Shown: positions 36,242 to 46,275 of the stretch, piece after piece
How the letters are laid out: every line of letters starts with the position of its first letter
Numbering within the stretch: position 1 is the stretch's first letter
Origin: Longimicrobiales bacterium
GTDB lineage: Bacteria > Gemmatimonadota > Gemmatimonadetes > Longimicrobiales > Gaopeijiaceae
Direction: 5' to 3'
Length of the DNA: 64,000 nt
NCBI GenBank assembly: GCA_965116905.1
Contig: OZ220732.1
Location: 1,120,001-1,184,000 of the forward strand
Notes under the pieces: model-generated
The model's database searches: none
What the model was told of the DNA's origin: nothing
The model's input: the letters and a program-made list of their open reading frames with translations, nothing else
Made by a program: the position numbers and the translations under genes

Positions 36242-37126
36242 ATGGACGGAACCGCCTCTCGGAGCAGGTTGCCCGGGGGGCGGTTCCGCGCTTCAGCGGT
36301 GTTTTGCCGCTGGGTAGTTGCGGGGGTGCTGGCGACCAGCGTCGCCAGCACCCCCGTCCCCGCTTCGGCGCAGATCCGGGTGGAAGGCGAAATCCTCGAC
36401 GCGGTGACCGACCTGCCCGTCTCCGGGGTGATCATCCACCTGCCAGATCTCAACCTGGGCACGATATCGGACGAGTTCGGCTACTTCATGCTCGATGCGA
36501 TCCCCCGCGGTGTCCAGGTCGTCTCGGCCCACCGCACAGGCTACGAAGCGATCGAACAGGAGGTGCGCGTCGTGCCCGGCGAGGTCTGGGAGGTCCGCCT
36601 CACCCCGGCGGCGATTCCGGTACGGGGAATTGAGGTTACGGCCGCGACGAGCCAGGAACTCGAAGCCGCGCGCACGGGACGCCGCTCGGACTTCATTTCG
36701 CCGTCCACCGTGGCCGAGGCGGCGGAGCGGACCAACAAGGTGCTGGAGGTGCTGAGGTCGAAGGCGCCGCCGCGACTGCGAATCCGTCAGGAGGGGGGTA
36801 TCGGCGGCGTAACCTTCTGCATCGAGTCCTCGAGGCGCCGTCCGTCGGTGCAGGAACTATTCGACGCCGGCGATGGGTGTCGTCCAACGCTACTGGCACT
36901 CGATGGCGTGATCGTCTACTCGCCGTCGCCGATGACGCTGACCGGCATGCAGGCGCCGAGTCTGCCTTCTGACGTTGCCGCGATGCTGCTCAACCAGAAT
37001 CCGCAGGAAATCCGCAGCATCCGTGTCCTGTCGCCGGCGGATGCGTTCTTCCGGTATGGAGAGGCGGGCCGCTCCGGCGCGGTCGAGATCGTTACCGTGC
37101 ATCCGGGCAGGCCCAAGGGCAGTTGA
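36242..37126 (+). CDS. Carboxypeptidase-regulatory-like domain plus plug-like domain, no barrel
   Basis: GEILDAVT..P..G..SDEFG.F; C-terminal LDGV..IRVLSPADA..RYG..GAVEIVT. Confidence 0.7.
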   Translation: MDGTASRSRLPGGRFRASAVFCRWVVAGVLATSVASTPVPASAQIRVEGEILDAVTDLPVSGVIIHLPDLNLGTISDEFGYFMLDAIPRGVQVVSAHRTGYEAIEQEVRVVPGEVWEVRLTPAAIPVRGIEVTAATSQELEAARTGRRSDFISPSTVAEAAERTNKVLEVLRSKAPPRLRIRQEGGIGGVTFCIESSRRRPSVQELFDAGDGCRPTLLALDGVIVYSPSPMTLTGMQAPSLPSDVAAMLLNQNPQEIRSIRVLSPADAFFRYGEAGRSGAVEIVTVHPGRPKGS

Positions 37127-38682
37127 TGCGTCCCGTCGTCGGGATGCGGCCCCTGCTCCTACCGTCTGCCGCGGCAGCGGGGATGGCGGCGTTTCTGCTG
37201 CACCCCGGAGTGCGCGGCGAACCGGCGGCGTTCTGGACGGTTGCCGCGGCGGTGGTCGGGATCCTCGTCTGGACGGGGTGGCTCTTCGCGTCGCGGCGGG
37301 AGCGCGGCGAGGACCTCACCCTGGAATTCGTCCTTCGCACGCCCCACTGGATGCAGACCCTGGCGCAGGGAGCGCTGCTGGTCTGGTGGGGCACGTTCGT
37401 GGACATGGTGCGGCTATGGGCGCCGATGATCCTCGCGCAGTTGCTGCTGGCGGTGGCTGTGGAGGGACTCTTCGCGCTGACGCGAAGGGGTCGGTACACG
37501 GCCGGGTTGGGCGTAGTGCCGGTGATCTTCAGCGTCAACCTCTTCCTGTGGTTCACGGGGCCCTGGTTCTTCTTCCAGTTCGCGATGGTGTTCCTTGTCT
37601 ACGCGGGCAAGGAGTTCATCCGCTGGCAGATGGACGGGCACTCGCGGCACATCTTCAACCCGTCGGCGCTGGCGCTGTCGGTGGCGGCCGTGCTGTTGAT
37701 CGCGACCGGATCGACCGAAATCACACGCGGGATCGAGATCGCACAGAGCCAGTTCATCCCGCCTCAGATGTTCCTGGTGATCTTCCTGGCTGCCGTTCCC
37801 GCCCAGTTGCTCTTCGGCGTGGCGATGATGACGATGCCGGCGGTACTCACCATCCTCGGCTTCGGCCTGCTCTACCAGTCCGTGACCGGCATCTACTTCT
37901 TCTACGACGCCTACATCCCCGTGTCGGTCTTCCTGGGCCTGCACCTGCTCTTCACCGATCCGGCGACCTCGCCTCGTTCGGATGGCGGACGGATCCTGTT
38001 CGGGCTCATCTACGGCACGGGTGTGATCACGAGTGCCGCAATGCTCGACGCCATCGGCGCACCGAACTTTTACGACAAGCTGCTGCCAGTGCCGATCCTG
38101 AACGTGCTCGCGCCGCGGCTGGATCGCGCGGCCAACGCGCTCGGCGAGAAGCTGAGGATGTTGGGCAGGCTGCAAACGCCGGGAGGCGCGCGTCGCCGCG
38201 TGGCCACCGTGGCATTGTGGGGCACGACCTTTGCGACCATGAGCGCCGCGGGCGGCGTCGGCGACAACCACCCCGGCCAGTATTACCCCTTCTGGCGCGA
38301 CGCCTGCGAGGTCGGCAGCGACCGGGCGTGCAACTACTCCGGGGTCATGCTGCAGAACTTCTGCGACCAGGGCTCCGGGTGGGGTTGCAACGAATTCGGC
38401 GTGCTGCTCGTGGCGTTGGATCGCGACTTCCTCGGCGCGGCACGTGAGTTTGAGCAGTCATGCCGGCTGGAATACGGGCCAGCGTGCGGCAACCTGCAGA
38501 TGCTGGCCAGCGGGGACGAGCGGCTGGCGCAGGGCGCGGCGGCGTTCGCGCGCGGGGATCCGCCGCCTGCCGAGTTGCCGATCGTGCTGATGGGTAGCAA
38601 GGGACCGATCACCGAGCGCGATCCGGCGGCGCTGCGGGCGCTGGGCTGCGAGCGGGGTTGGCGGGAGTTGGGATGTAGCTGA
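37126..38682 (+). CDS. RnfD/NqrB(UnbU)-like membrane protein with C-terminal Cys-rich Sel1-like repeats (copy 1)
   Basis: About 11 TM, K..IRW..HIFNPS, TDPATSP, four C-x7/8-C pairs; start 37126 or 37144. Confidence 0.72.
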   Translation: MRPVVGMRPLLLPSAAAAGMAAFLLHPGVRGEPAAFWTVAAAVVGILVWTGWLFASRRERGEDLTLEFVLRTPHWMQTLAQGALLVWWGTFVDMVRLWAPMILAQLLLAVAVEGLFALTRRGRYTAGLGVVPVIFSVNLFLWFTGPWFFFQFAMVFLVYAGKEFIRWQMDGHSRHIFNPSALALSVAAVLLIATGSTEITRGIEIAQSQFIPPQMFLVIFLAAVPAQLLFGVAMMTMPAVLTILGFGLLYQSVTGIYFFYDAYIPVSVFLGLHLLFTDPATSPRSDGGRILFGLIYGTGVITSAAMLDAIGAPNFYDKLLPVPILNVLAPRLDRAANALGEKLRMLGRLQTPGGARRRVATVALWGTTFATMSAAGGVGDNHPGQYYPFWRDACEVGSDRACNYSGVMLQNFCDQGSGWGCNEFGVLLVALDRDFLGAAREFEQSCRLEYGPACGNLQMLASGDERLAQGAAAFARGDPPPAELPIVLMGSKGPITERDPAALRALGCERGWRELGCS

Positions 38683-38683
38683 G

Positions 38684-40222
38684 ATGCGCCCCCTCCTGCT
38701 GCCCGGCGCCGCTGCCGGGGTCCTTGCCGCCTATCTGTTCATTCCGGGGGTGCGGGCCACGCCGGGCCTTTTCTGGGCATTTGCGGGGGCGTCGGCAGGT
38801 GTTTTGGCGTGGACGGGCTGGCTCGCGATCTCGCGACATCGTTCCGGAGAGCCTCTTGAGCTCGACTTCCTGGCCATCCGGCCTCACTGGGTCCAGCTCC
38901 TGGCGCAGGGAACGGTCCTGGCATGGTGGGGATGGTTCGTGCCCGCGGTATACGAGTTCGCGCCCTTCATCCTCGCGCAGCTTGTGCTCGCGGTGGCCCT
39001 CGAAGCGCTCTTCAGCTGGACCCGGCGCGGTCGGCACACCCTGGGGTTCGGGCCCGTGCCGGTGGTCTTCAGCCTCAACCTCTTCCTGTGGTTCCACCTG
39101 GACTGGTTCTTCCTCCAGCTGGCGATGGTGGTGCTGGTCTATGTCGGCAAGGAGTTCATTCAGTGGCGGGTCGGGGGCCGCTCGCGCCACATCTTCAACC
39201 CGTCGGCGTTCGCGCTGGCGGTGGCGTCGCTGGCGCTGATCGCCACGGGCACGACCGGGATCACGCTGGGCGTCGAGATCGCGCAGTCGCAGTTCGTGCC
39301 GCCGTTCATCTTCCTGGTGATCTTCCTCGCGGCCCTGCCGGGGCAACTGCTCTTCGGTGTCGCTACGATGACGATGCCCGCGGTGCTCACCATCTGGGGC
39401 TTCAGCGCCGCGTATTTCGCGGTCACCGGCGAGTACTTCTTCTACGATGCGTACATCCCGATCGCGGTGTTTCTGGGGCTGCACCTGCTGTTTACCGATC
39501 CGGCCACGTCGCCGAGGTCGGAGTTGGGCCGCGTCCTGTTTGCCGTGCTATACGGCACCGGAGTCGTCGCCAGCGTCTTTGCGCTGAACGCGGTGGGCGC
39601 GCCGCCGTTCTACGACAAGCTGCTCCCCGTGCCGATTCTGAACCTGCTGGCGCCGACGCTGGATCGAGCGGCCGATGCGCTCGCGCCACGACTTGGAGTT
39701 GCCTGGGCGGCCGCGAAGGGTGCGGTGCCCACGCGGCGCCGATTGGCAACGGTGGGGCTCTGGGCCGCGGTTTTCGCCACTCTGAGCCTCACCGGGGCGC
39801 TCGGCGACAACCACCCCGGCCAGTACTACCCCTTCTGGCGCGACGCATGCGAGGCGGGCAGCGTGCGGGCGTGCGACTACACGGGCGTCATGCAGCAGAG
39901 CTTCTGCGACCGCGGATCCGGGTGGGCCTGCAACGAATTCGGCATCCTGATGGCCGAGACGGATCGGGATTTTCGCGGCGCGGCGGGTGAGTTCGATCGT
40001 GCTTGTGGGCTTGGGTTCGCACCGGGGTGCGCGAATCTTCGGATGCTGGCGACCGGCGACGAGAGTCTGGCCCGGCCCGGCGCGCTCCAGCGGGACCGCC
40101 CACCGCCCGGCGAACTGCCCATCGTGCTGCGGGGCAGCAAAGGGCCCGTCACCGAGCGCGATCCGGAGGCGCTCAGAGCGCTGGGGTGCGAGCGGGGGTG
40201 GCGGGAGCTGGGGTGTCCGTGA
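38684..40222 (+). CDS. RnfD/NqrB(UnbU)-like membrane protein with C-terminal Cys-rich Sel1-like repeats (copy 2)
   Basis: Full-length paralog of the upstream gene with the same motifs. Confidence 0.72.
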   Translation: MRPLLLPGAAAGVLAAYLFIPGVRATPGLFWAFAGASAGVLAWTGWLAISRHRSGEPLELDFLAIRPHWVQLLAQGTVLAWWGWFVPAVYEFAPFILAQLVLAVALEALFSWTRRGRHTLGFGPVPVVFSLNLFLWFHLDWFFLQLAMVVLVYVGKEFIQWRVGGRSRHIFNPSAFALAVASLALIATGTTGITLGVEIAQSQFVPPFIFLVIFLAALPGQLLFGVATMTMPAVLTIWGFSAAYFAVTGEYFFYDAYIPIAVFLGLHLLFTDPATSPRSELGRVLFAVLYGTGVVASVFALNAVGAPPFYDKLLPVPILNLLAPTLDRAADALAPRLGVAWAAAKGAVPTRRRLATVGLWAAVFATLSLTGALGDNHPGQYYPFWRDACEAGSVRACDYTGVMQQSFCDRGSGWACNEFGILMAETDRDFRGAAGEFDRACGLGFAPGCANLRMLATGDESLARPGALQRDRPPPGELPIVLRGSKGPVTERDPEALRALGCERGWRELGCP

Positions 40223-41055
40223 TTCGTGAAAGGTGGGGGTTCCGGTGCATTCCAGGGGTGACGGTCGCGGCCACACTTCCGGTGTTAGCCGTCTGCGACC
40301 AACGGAATCCACCCTCTCCCTGCACGACGCCGTCACAAACCGTTGACGTAGGCCACTCCGTCACTTTCGTCCCGTGCTTTTCCGATCCGGATGGTGACCC
40401 CCTGACCCTCAGCGCGGCAGTCACAGCCCCGTCTCTTGCCACCGTGTCGGTCGAGGGTCTGGAAGTGACCGTTTACGGACTGCTTGCGGGCGACCTCTTC
40501 GTCGCGGTGACTGCGACAGACCCCGACGGCCTGTTTGCGGTTCAGGAGATCCAGGTGACGGTCAAGGGTGCCTTGGCGGACGTTGTGATCCCCGAGGCAT
40601 CACCGGACTCGCAAACCGTGGCCCAGGGCGGTGAAGCCTCTTTCACCTTCGTGGCCCACAATCAGGGCGAAGCCGATGCCGGGGTCACCTTCTTCGTGCT
40701 GCGTGTTTCCGGCGACTCGGTCATCACGCCCAGCGACCGCGTCCGTCAGATGCACTCCTTCCGACTGCCGACGTTTCCGCCACGAGACAGTGCTTTCCTG
40801 AATCTGGTCGTCAGGGACTGGCCGGAGCCCGCAGGTCCCGCGTACTTCGGCCTGTGCGCCGACCCGGAGTTCCCGGAATCCAATGCGCTCAACAACTGTT
40901 CCCGGGGGTTGAAGGTGACTACGACAGCGACGGCTGTGCCGGGCGACCGCTACCCCTTCGGCTGGTCCCCCTGCAACTCCAGGATGTCCACGTTCCACTG
41001 GCTGTCGCCGAGCAGGTGCTTCACGAAGTACTCCGCGCGGAGCCAGAACCAGTAG
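40219..41055 (+). CDS. Hypothetical Ig-like/CARDB-domain protein (possibly degenerate)
   Basis: FSDPDGDPL, VTATDPDGL, HNQG..A, ESNALNNCS; GTG overlaps the upstream TGA; 3' end overlaps the convergent gene by 106 bp. Confidence 0.55.
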   Translation: MIRERWGFRCIPGVTVAATLPVLAVCDQRNPPSPCTTPSQTVDVGHSVTFVPCFSDPDGDPLTLSAAVTAPSLATVSVEGLEVTVYGLLAGDLFVAVTATDPDGLFAVQEIQVTVKGALADVVIPEASPDSQTVAQGGEASFTFVAHNQGEADAGVTFFVLRVSGDSVITPSDRVRQMHSFRLPTFPPRDSAFLNLVVRDWPEPAGPAYFGLCADPEFPESNALNNCSRGLKVTTTATAVPGDRYPFGWSPCNSRMSTFHWLSPSRCFTKYSARSQNQ

Positions 41056-43610
41056 TTGCTCATGTTCCCGAAGCCGTGGCGCTGGCCGGGGAAGATGAAG
41101 AAGTCGAAGCGCTTGTTCGCGCGGATCAGGGCCTCGGCCATCCGGAAGGTGCCGGCGTGGTGAACGTTGTTGTCCACGTCCCCCGTGGTCAGCAGCAGGT
41201 GACCCTTCAGGTTCGCCGCGATGTCCGAGTTCCGGTCGATGTCGTACTCGAAGCCCGTGACGGCCCCTGTCGAGTCCTTCACTTCCTTGACCCCGTCGTG
41301 CTTCTCGGACCAGTTGGCGTTGTAGACGTCGTTGTTGTGGTTCCCGGCTGACGAGACGGCCACCTTGAAGAAGTCGGGGTACACCAGCATGGCCGCGGTG
41401 GACATGAAGCCGCCGCCGGAGTGCCCGTAGATCCCCACGCGTTCGATGTCGATGAAGCCGTGGCGGTCGGCGAGCTGCTCGATCCCCGCCTTCTTGTCGG
41501 CCAGACCGTAGTCGCGGAGGTTCCCGTACCCGTAGTTGTGGTACCACTTCGAGCGGTCGGGGTGGCCGCCGCGGTTCCCGATCGTGATGACGATGAAGCC
41601 GAACTGCGCGAGCGCCTGCTCGGTCTGGTTCAGCGAGAACGACTTCGACACCGATTCGGTCTGCGGCCCGGGATATACGTAGGCGATGATCGGGTACTGC
41701 TTCGAGGGGTCGAAGTCGTATGGCTTGTACATGACCCCGTAGATGTCCGTGACGCCGTCGTCGGCCTTCACCTGGTAGGTCTCGGGGTACTGGTAGCCGG
41801 CAGCCTCCAGCGCCGACAGGTCGGCCGTTTCCAGGTCCATGATCCTGCGTCCGGAAGCGTCGAAGAGCGCGGACGCGGGATTGGTGTCGACGCGCGAGTA
41901 GTTGTCGATGAAGTAGCGTGCGGATTCAGACACGACGACCTGGTGGTCCTGGTTCCCGGGATTCAGCAGGGTCAGGCCGCTGCCATCAAGTCCGACCCTG
42001 TAGAGGTGCATGTAGTAGGGATCCTCGCCCTCCTCGCGCGCATTGGCGCGGAACACCGCGTACCCGTCGTCCTCGTTCACGCCCATGAGGCCGTCGACGT
42101 GCCAGGGTCCCTCGGTCAGGCGGGCGCGCACCGTGCCGTCGGCCGCATAGCGGTAGAGGTGTGCCCAGCCGTCCTGCTCCGACCACCAGAGCAGGTCGCC
42201 GTTCTCCAGGCGCGCGGGAGACTGGTGTTCCACGTATGTGTTCAGGCGCTCCTCGATGACGACCGCGACTTCGCCAGTAGCCGGATCCGCCCTCATCACG
42301 TCCACCCGGTGCTGGTCGCGGCTCCGCCGCCAGAAGTAGAGTTCGTCGCTGCTGTCCGAGAGCCACTTCGTGATGTTCGGCTCGGTCGAACCGCCGCCTC
42401 CACCGAAGAAGAAGAAGCCGCCAAAGCCTCCGAAGCCGCCGAACTCGTTGAAGATCCCCATGCGCTGGTCCTTCCAGGGCTCGTCGTCGATCTGAGACAT
42501 CTCGCGCGACTCCATGTCGAAGACGTGGAGGCTGGTCTGCGTCACGTCTTCCTCGCCCGGCATGTCGTACCGGTAGCTCTCCAGCTTGGGCCGCGTATTC
42601 CCGACCGCGTGCACGACCCACAGATAGTCCACCTCGCGGCGGTCCTGGCGGGTGAGCGCGAAGTAGCGCGAGTCGTGGGACCACGTCGTCCCCGACCGCT
42701 GGCGCTTCTTGAACTCCTCCTCGGTCTCTTCGTCGTTCTGGCCGCGGCCCTGGAAGCCCCAGCTGAAGTCCTTCTCGCCGTCGGTGGTGAGCTGGATCTC
42801 CTCGACCTCCACGTCCTCTTCGGCTTCCTCGGCTTCGTCCCCCGTCTTGCCGCGGCGCGCCTCCAGGATCTTCTCGTATTCCTCGTAGCTCATCATCCAG
42901 AGGTTGAACTCGCGGCTGAAGACGACCCACGCGGTGTCGGGGGACACGCTGGCCCAACCGGGGTGGCTTATCGGCTCCTCGTAGTCCTCGAGTTCGCGGA
43001 GCGTGCGCGTGGTGACGTCGTACTCGAAGTGGTGGACCCTCTTGCGCGTCCTGGGTCTGGGCGGGCCGCGCTGCTGCTCGTCCTCCTGGTCTTCCTCGAC
43101 GTCTTCTTCGTCGTCCTCTTCCTCCTCCACCTCCTCATCCTGCGAGGATTCCACGTCGAACTGGATGGTGTTCGGGCCCGTGAAGCGGATGGCGCGGATC
43201 GGGAGGTGCTGCGCGTCCCACGGATCCCTCGTGATACGGGTCAGCTCGGCGGCGATGCGGTCGTTGTCGAAGATCTCGGTCTTCGTGCCCTGGCCCGGAT
43301 CGACGAGGTAGAAGTGCCTGCCCTCGGAGGTTTCCCACTCGTACCAGAAGCGGTCCGTGTCCTCGATCCACCGCGGCGAGACGCGCAGGGAATGGACCAG
43401 ATCGCTGATCTTGTAGGGGGCGAAGCGGGCCGCGAGCTCGAAGTTGGCCGAGCCGGGGCCTTCGACCCTGACCGACCCCTCTTCCTGGGCGGCGACGGGG
43501 CTGGCTGTGGCTCCGAGAGCCCCGAAGGCCAGAGCGGCTGGGGCGAGCAGGCCCATGACGAGGGTGAGGGGGAAGCTGGCGCGCGGGCGAGTGACGGTGC
43601 GGCGGATCAT
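40950..43610 (-). CDS. DPP IV-like S9 peptidase (secreted)
   Basis: Signal peptide, propeller, VYPGPQ, GHSGGG, DNNVH, RHG; GGAGG RBS. Confidence 0.94.
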   Translation of the reverse strand: MIRRTVTRPRASFPLTLVMGLLAPAALAFGALGATASPVAAQEEGSVRVEGPGSANFELAARFAPYKISDLVHSLRVSPRWIEDTDRFWYEWETSEGRHFYLVDPGQGTKTEIFDNDRIAAELTRITRDPWDAQHLPIRAIRFTGPNTIQFDVESSQDEEVEEEEDDEEDVEEDQEDEQQRGPPRPRTRKRVHHFEYDVTTRTLRELEDYEEPISHPGWASVSPDTAWVVFSREFNLWMMSYEEYEKILEARRGKTGDEAEEAEEDVEVEEIQLTTDGEKDFSWGFQGRGQNDEETEEEFKKRQRSGTTWSHDSRYFALTRQDRREVDYLWVVHAVGNTRPKLESYRYDMPGEEDVTQTSLHVFDMESREMSQIDDEPWKDQRMGIFNEFGGFGGFGGFFFFGGGGGSTEPNITKWLSDSSDELYFWRRSRDQHRVDVMRADPATGEVAVVIEERLNTYVEHQSPARLENGDLLWWSEQDGWAHLYRYAADGTVRARLTEGPWHVDGLMGVNEDDGYAVFRANAREEGEDPYYMHLYRVGLDGSGLTLLNPGNQDHQVVVSESARYFIDNYSRVDTNPASALFDASGRRIMDLETADLSALEAAGYQYPETYQVKADDGVTDIYGVMYKPYDFDPSKQYPIIAYVYPGPQTESVSKSFSLNQTEQALAQFGFIVITIGNRGGHPDRSKWYHNYGYGNLRDYGLADKKAGIEQLADRHGFIDIERVGIYGHSGGGFMSTAAMLVYPDFFKVAVSSAGNHNNDVYNANWSEKHDGVKEVKDSTGAVTGFEYDIDRNSDIAANLKGHLLLTTGDVDNNVHHAGTFRMAEALIRANKRFDFFIFPGQRHGFGNMSNYWFWLRAEYFVKHLLGDSQWNVDILELQGDQPKG

Positions 43611-43764
43611 TCCTGGCCTCCGTTGGGGGTGGGAAGCGGCGTGGGGAGCGCCGGTGTGGCGCTTTCATACCGTGGACACGCATCTTCGCCGAATTGATTG
43701 TGGGTGGGCCTGCAGGCCGAGGCCGGCCGCGAGGGCACCGAAGAGAAATGGGAGACTTTGCGTA

Positions 43765-46131
43765 ATGGTGCAAGCGAGAGGTGGTATCGTTCTGTTGTGT
43801 CTCTGCGCGGCGACGGCGGTCGCTCGGGCCCAGGAGCCCCCGTCCCGGCCGGTCGTCACTGCCGCCGACTACGCTCGCGCCGAGCAGTTCCTGCCGGGCA
43901 ACGCGGTTCGCCACCTGACCGGGGTGCCGACCGGCCCGATGACGTGGGTCGGCGAGACGGACCGCTTCTGGTACCGGGTGCGCACGGCGGACGGGGAGCG
44001 GTTCATTCTGGTCGACCCGACGGCGCGCACGCGGCGTGAGGCCTTCGACCACGGGCGTCTGGCGGCGGCGCTCTCGATGGCGGCGGACACCGCCTATGAC
44101 CCGCACAGCCTGCCGTTCACCTCGTTCGAATTCGTCGACGATGGGGATGCGGTGAGCCTCGACATCGGCGCGGCCAGGTGGCGCTGTTCCCTCACCACGT
44201 ACACCTGCGACGAGCGCGACGCGTCCGCGGAGTTCGGCCCCGCCGAATTCGCCTCGCCCGACGGAACCCGCGCCGTCTTCACCCGCGACCACAACCTGTG
44301 GGTCAGGGCCGCCGGAGAAGAGGAGGGCACGCAACTCACCGACGACGGGGAGCCGTACTGGGACTACGGGTCGTCCCCGGAGGGGAACACGTCGGCAGTG
44401 ACGATCCGCCGCTTCGGCATCCCGGTGCCGCCCGCCGCGCTCTGGTCGCCGGACGGCCGCTACGTGGCCACGCACCAGCTCGACCAGCGCGGCGTCCTGG
44501 AGATGCACCTGATGCAGGGTGCCCCGGAGGACGGATCGAAGCGGCCGCGGCACCACGCGTACCGGTACGCGCTTCCCGGCGATTCGATCATTCCCATGGC
44601 CCATATGGTCATTGTGGGCACAGAGGCGGGCGCGGGCGACGCAACCCGTGCGGTCACGCGGCTGAATGCGGATCCGCTCAATTCCATCTTCCAGTCGCCC
44701 TTCACCTTCCAGAACGTGTGGTGGGCGGAAGACGGAGCGGCCCTCTACACCCTTCGCTTCACAAGAGGTCAGAAGGCCGTGAGCCTGGAGGCGGCCGACC
44801 CGGCGACCGGCGAGGTGCGCACGATCGTCGAGGAGAGCTGCGCCACCTATTGCGAGGCCACACCTTCTCTCGCGTCGCGCCCCAATGTGCGGGTGCTCGG
44901 CGGCGGCGACGAGGTCCTGTGGTGGTCCGAGCGGGACGGATGGGGCCACCTCTATCTCTACGACGCGCGGACCGGCGAACTGAAGCGCCAGGTGACGAGC
45001 GGCCCGTGGCTGGTCCGGGAGGTACTGCACGTGGACGAGGACGCGCGCACGCTGTGGTTCACGGCGAGCGGACGCGAAGGCGGCGACCCGTACTACATGC
45101 ACCTGTACAGCGTGGGACTGGACGGCGGAGCGGTGCGCCGCCTCTCACCCGAGGACTCCCACCACCTCGTCACGGCCAGCCCCGGCGGCGCCTGGTTCGT
45201 GGACACCCACGGCCGCACCGACACGGCGCCGATCACCGTACTGCGCGACCGGAGCGGAGCGGTCGTGATGACGCTTGAGACCGGGTCGCTGGAAGGCCTC
45301 GAGGCGCTGGGCTGGAGTCCGCCCGAGAGGGTGGTGACGAAGGCGCGGGACGGCGTGACCGACCTGTACGGCCTGATCGTCAAGCCCACCGGCTTCGACC
45401 CCGAGGCCGTGTACCCCGTCATCGACTACGTCTACCCGGGCCCCCAGACCGCGTGGGTGCCCAAGAGCATCGCCGACCCCCTGTCGCGGGTGCTGTGGGA
45501 TGCGCAGGCGACGGCCGAACTGGGCGCGGTCGTGGTCGTCCTGGACGGCTTCGGGAAGCCCCTGCGCTCGAAGGCGTTCCACAACGTCTCGTACGGCAAC
45601 CTGCAGGATGCCGGGGGACTGGTCGACCACGTATCGTCGATCAGGCAGCTGGCGGCGTCGAGGCCGTACATGGACCTGGGACGCATCGGCGTGTACGGCT
45701 TCTCCGGGGGCGGATACATGTCCACCCACGCCATCCTGACCCAGCCGGACTTCTACAAGGTGGCGGTCTCGGGTGCCGGCAACCACGACCAGCGCGGCTA
45801 CATCGCGCTGTGGGGCGAACTCTACCACGGGCTGATGGACCCGGACGGCGCCAACTACGTTCAGCAGGCCAACACGACCCACGCCGCCAACCTCAAGGGG
45901 AAGCTCCTGCTGATCCACGGCGAGATGGACGACAACGTGAGCCCGGCGCTCACCATGCAGGTGGTGGACGCGCTCATCAAGGCGAACCGCACCTTCGACA
46001 TGCTCATCCTGCCGAATCTCAACCACGGGGCCGGCAGCGACCCATACTACATCCGCCGGCGCTGGGACTATTTTGTCGAACACCTGATCGGGGCGGAGCC
46101 GCCGCGCGACTACCGTGTGGTGCCGTCCTGA
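43765..46131 (+). CDS. DPP IV-like S9 peptidase (secreted)
   Basis: Signal peptide, WSERDGWGHLY, VYPGPQ, GFSGGG, DDNV, NHG. Confidence 0.94.
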   Translation: MVQARGGIVLLCLCAATAVARAQEPPSRPVVTAADYARAEQFLPGNAVRHLTGVPTGPMTWVGETDRFWYRVRTADGERFILVDPTARTRREAFDHGRLAAALSMAADTAYDPHSLPFTSFEFVDDGDAVSLDIGAARWRCSLTTYTCDERDASAEFGPAEFASPDGTRAVFTRDHNLWVRAAGEEEGTQLTDDGEPYWDYGSSPEGNTSAVTIRRFGIPVPPAALWSPDGRYVATHQLDQRGVLEMHLMQGAPEDGSKRPRHHAYRYALPGDSIIPMAHMVIVGTEAGAGDATRAVTRLNADPLNSIFQSPFTFQNVWWAEDGAALYTLRFTRGQKAVSLEAADPATGEVRTIVEESCATYCEATPSLASRPNVRVLGGGDEVLWWSERDGWGHLYLYDARTGELKRQVTSGPWLVREVLHVDEDARTLWFTASGREGGDPYYMHLYSVGLDGGAVRRLSPEDSHHLVTASPGGAWFVDTHGRTDTAPITVLRDRSGAVVMTLETGSLEGLEALGWSPPERVVTKARDGVTDLYGLIVKPTGFDPEAVYPVIDYVYPGPQTAWVPKSIADPLSRVLWDAQATAELGAVVVVLDGFGKPLRSKAFHNVSYGNLQDAGGLVDHVSSIRQLAASRPYMDLGRIGVYGFSGGGYMSTHAILTQPDFYKVAVSGAGNHDQRGYIALWGELYHGLMDPDGANYVQQANTTHAANLKGKLLLIHGEMDDNVSPALTMQVVDALIKANRTFDMLILPNLNHGAGSDPYYIRRRWDYFVEHLIGAEPPRDYRVVPS

Positions 46132-46169
46132 GGGGCGGCGCGCGCGCGTTGCGGAGCGGCGCCCCTCAG
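46128..46169 (+). terminator. Hairpin at the end of the peptidase gene
   Basis: CTGAGGGGCG...CGCCCCTCAG 10-bp inverted repeat; weak U tail. Confidence 0.4.
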
Positions 46170-46179
46170 TTGTATACAA
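46170..46179. promoter_or_regulatory. GntR-family operator-like palindrome
   Basis: TTGTATACAA about 100 bp upstream of susC. Confidence 0.5.
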
Positions 46180-46275
46180 TGTTGAGTACGTAGCTATTGC
46201 GGGTTCGCGGGACGTTTGCCTATCTTGGCACCCCGTCGAAGCAGGAGTCTCATCCACCACTCAAAGGACAGAACC

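Noticed and set aside
37126..40222. Enediyne biosynthesis cluster or Rnf/Nqr complex
   Set aside because: No PKS, UnbV or other rnf/nqr subunits in the window
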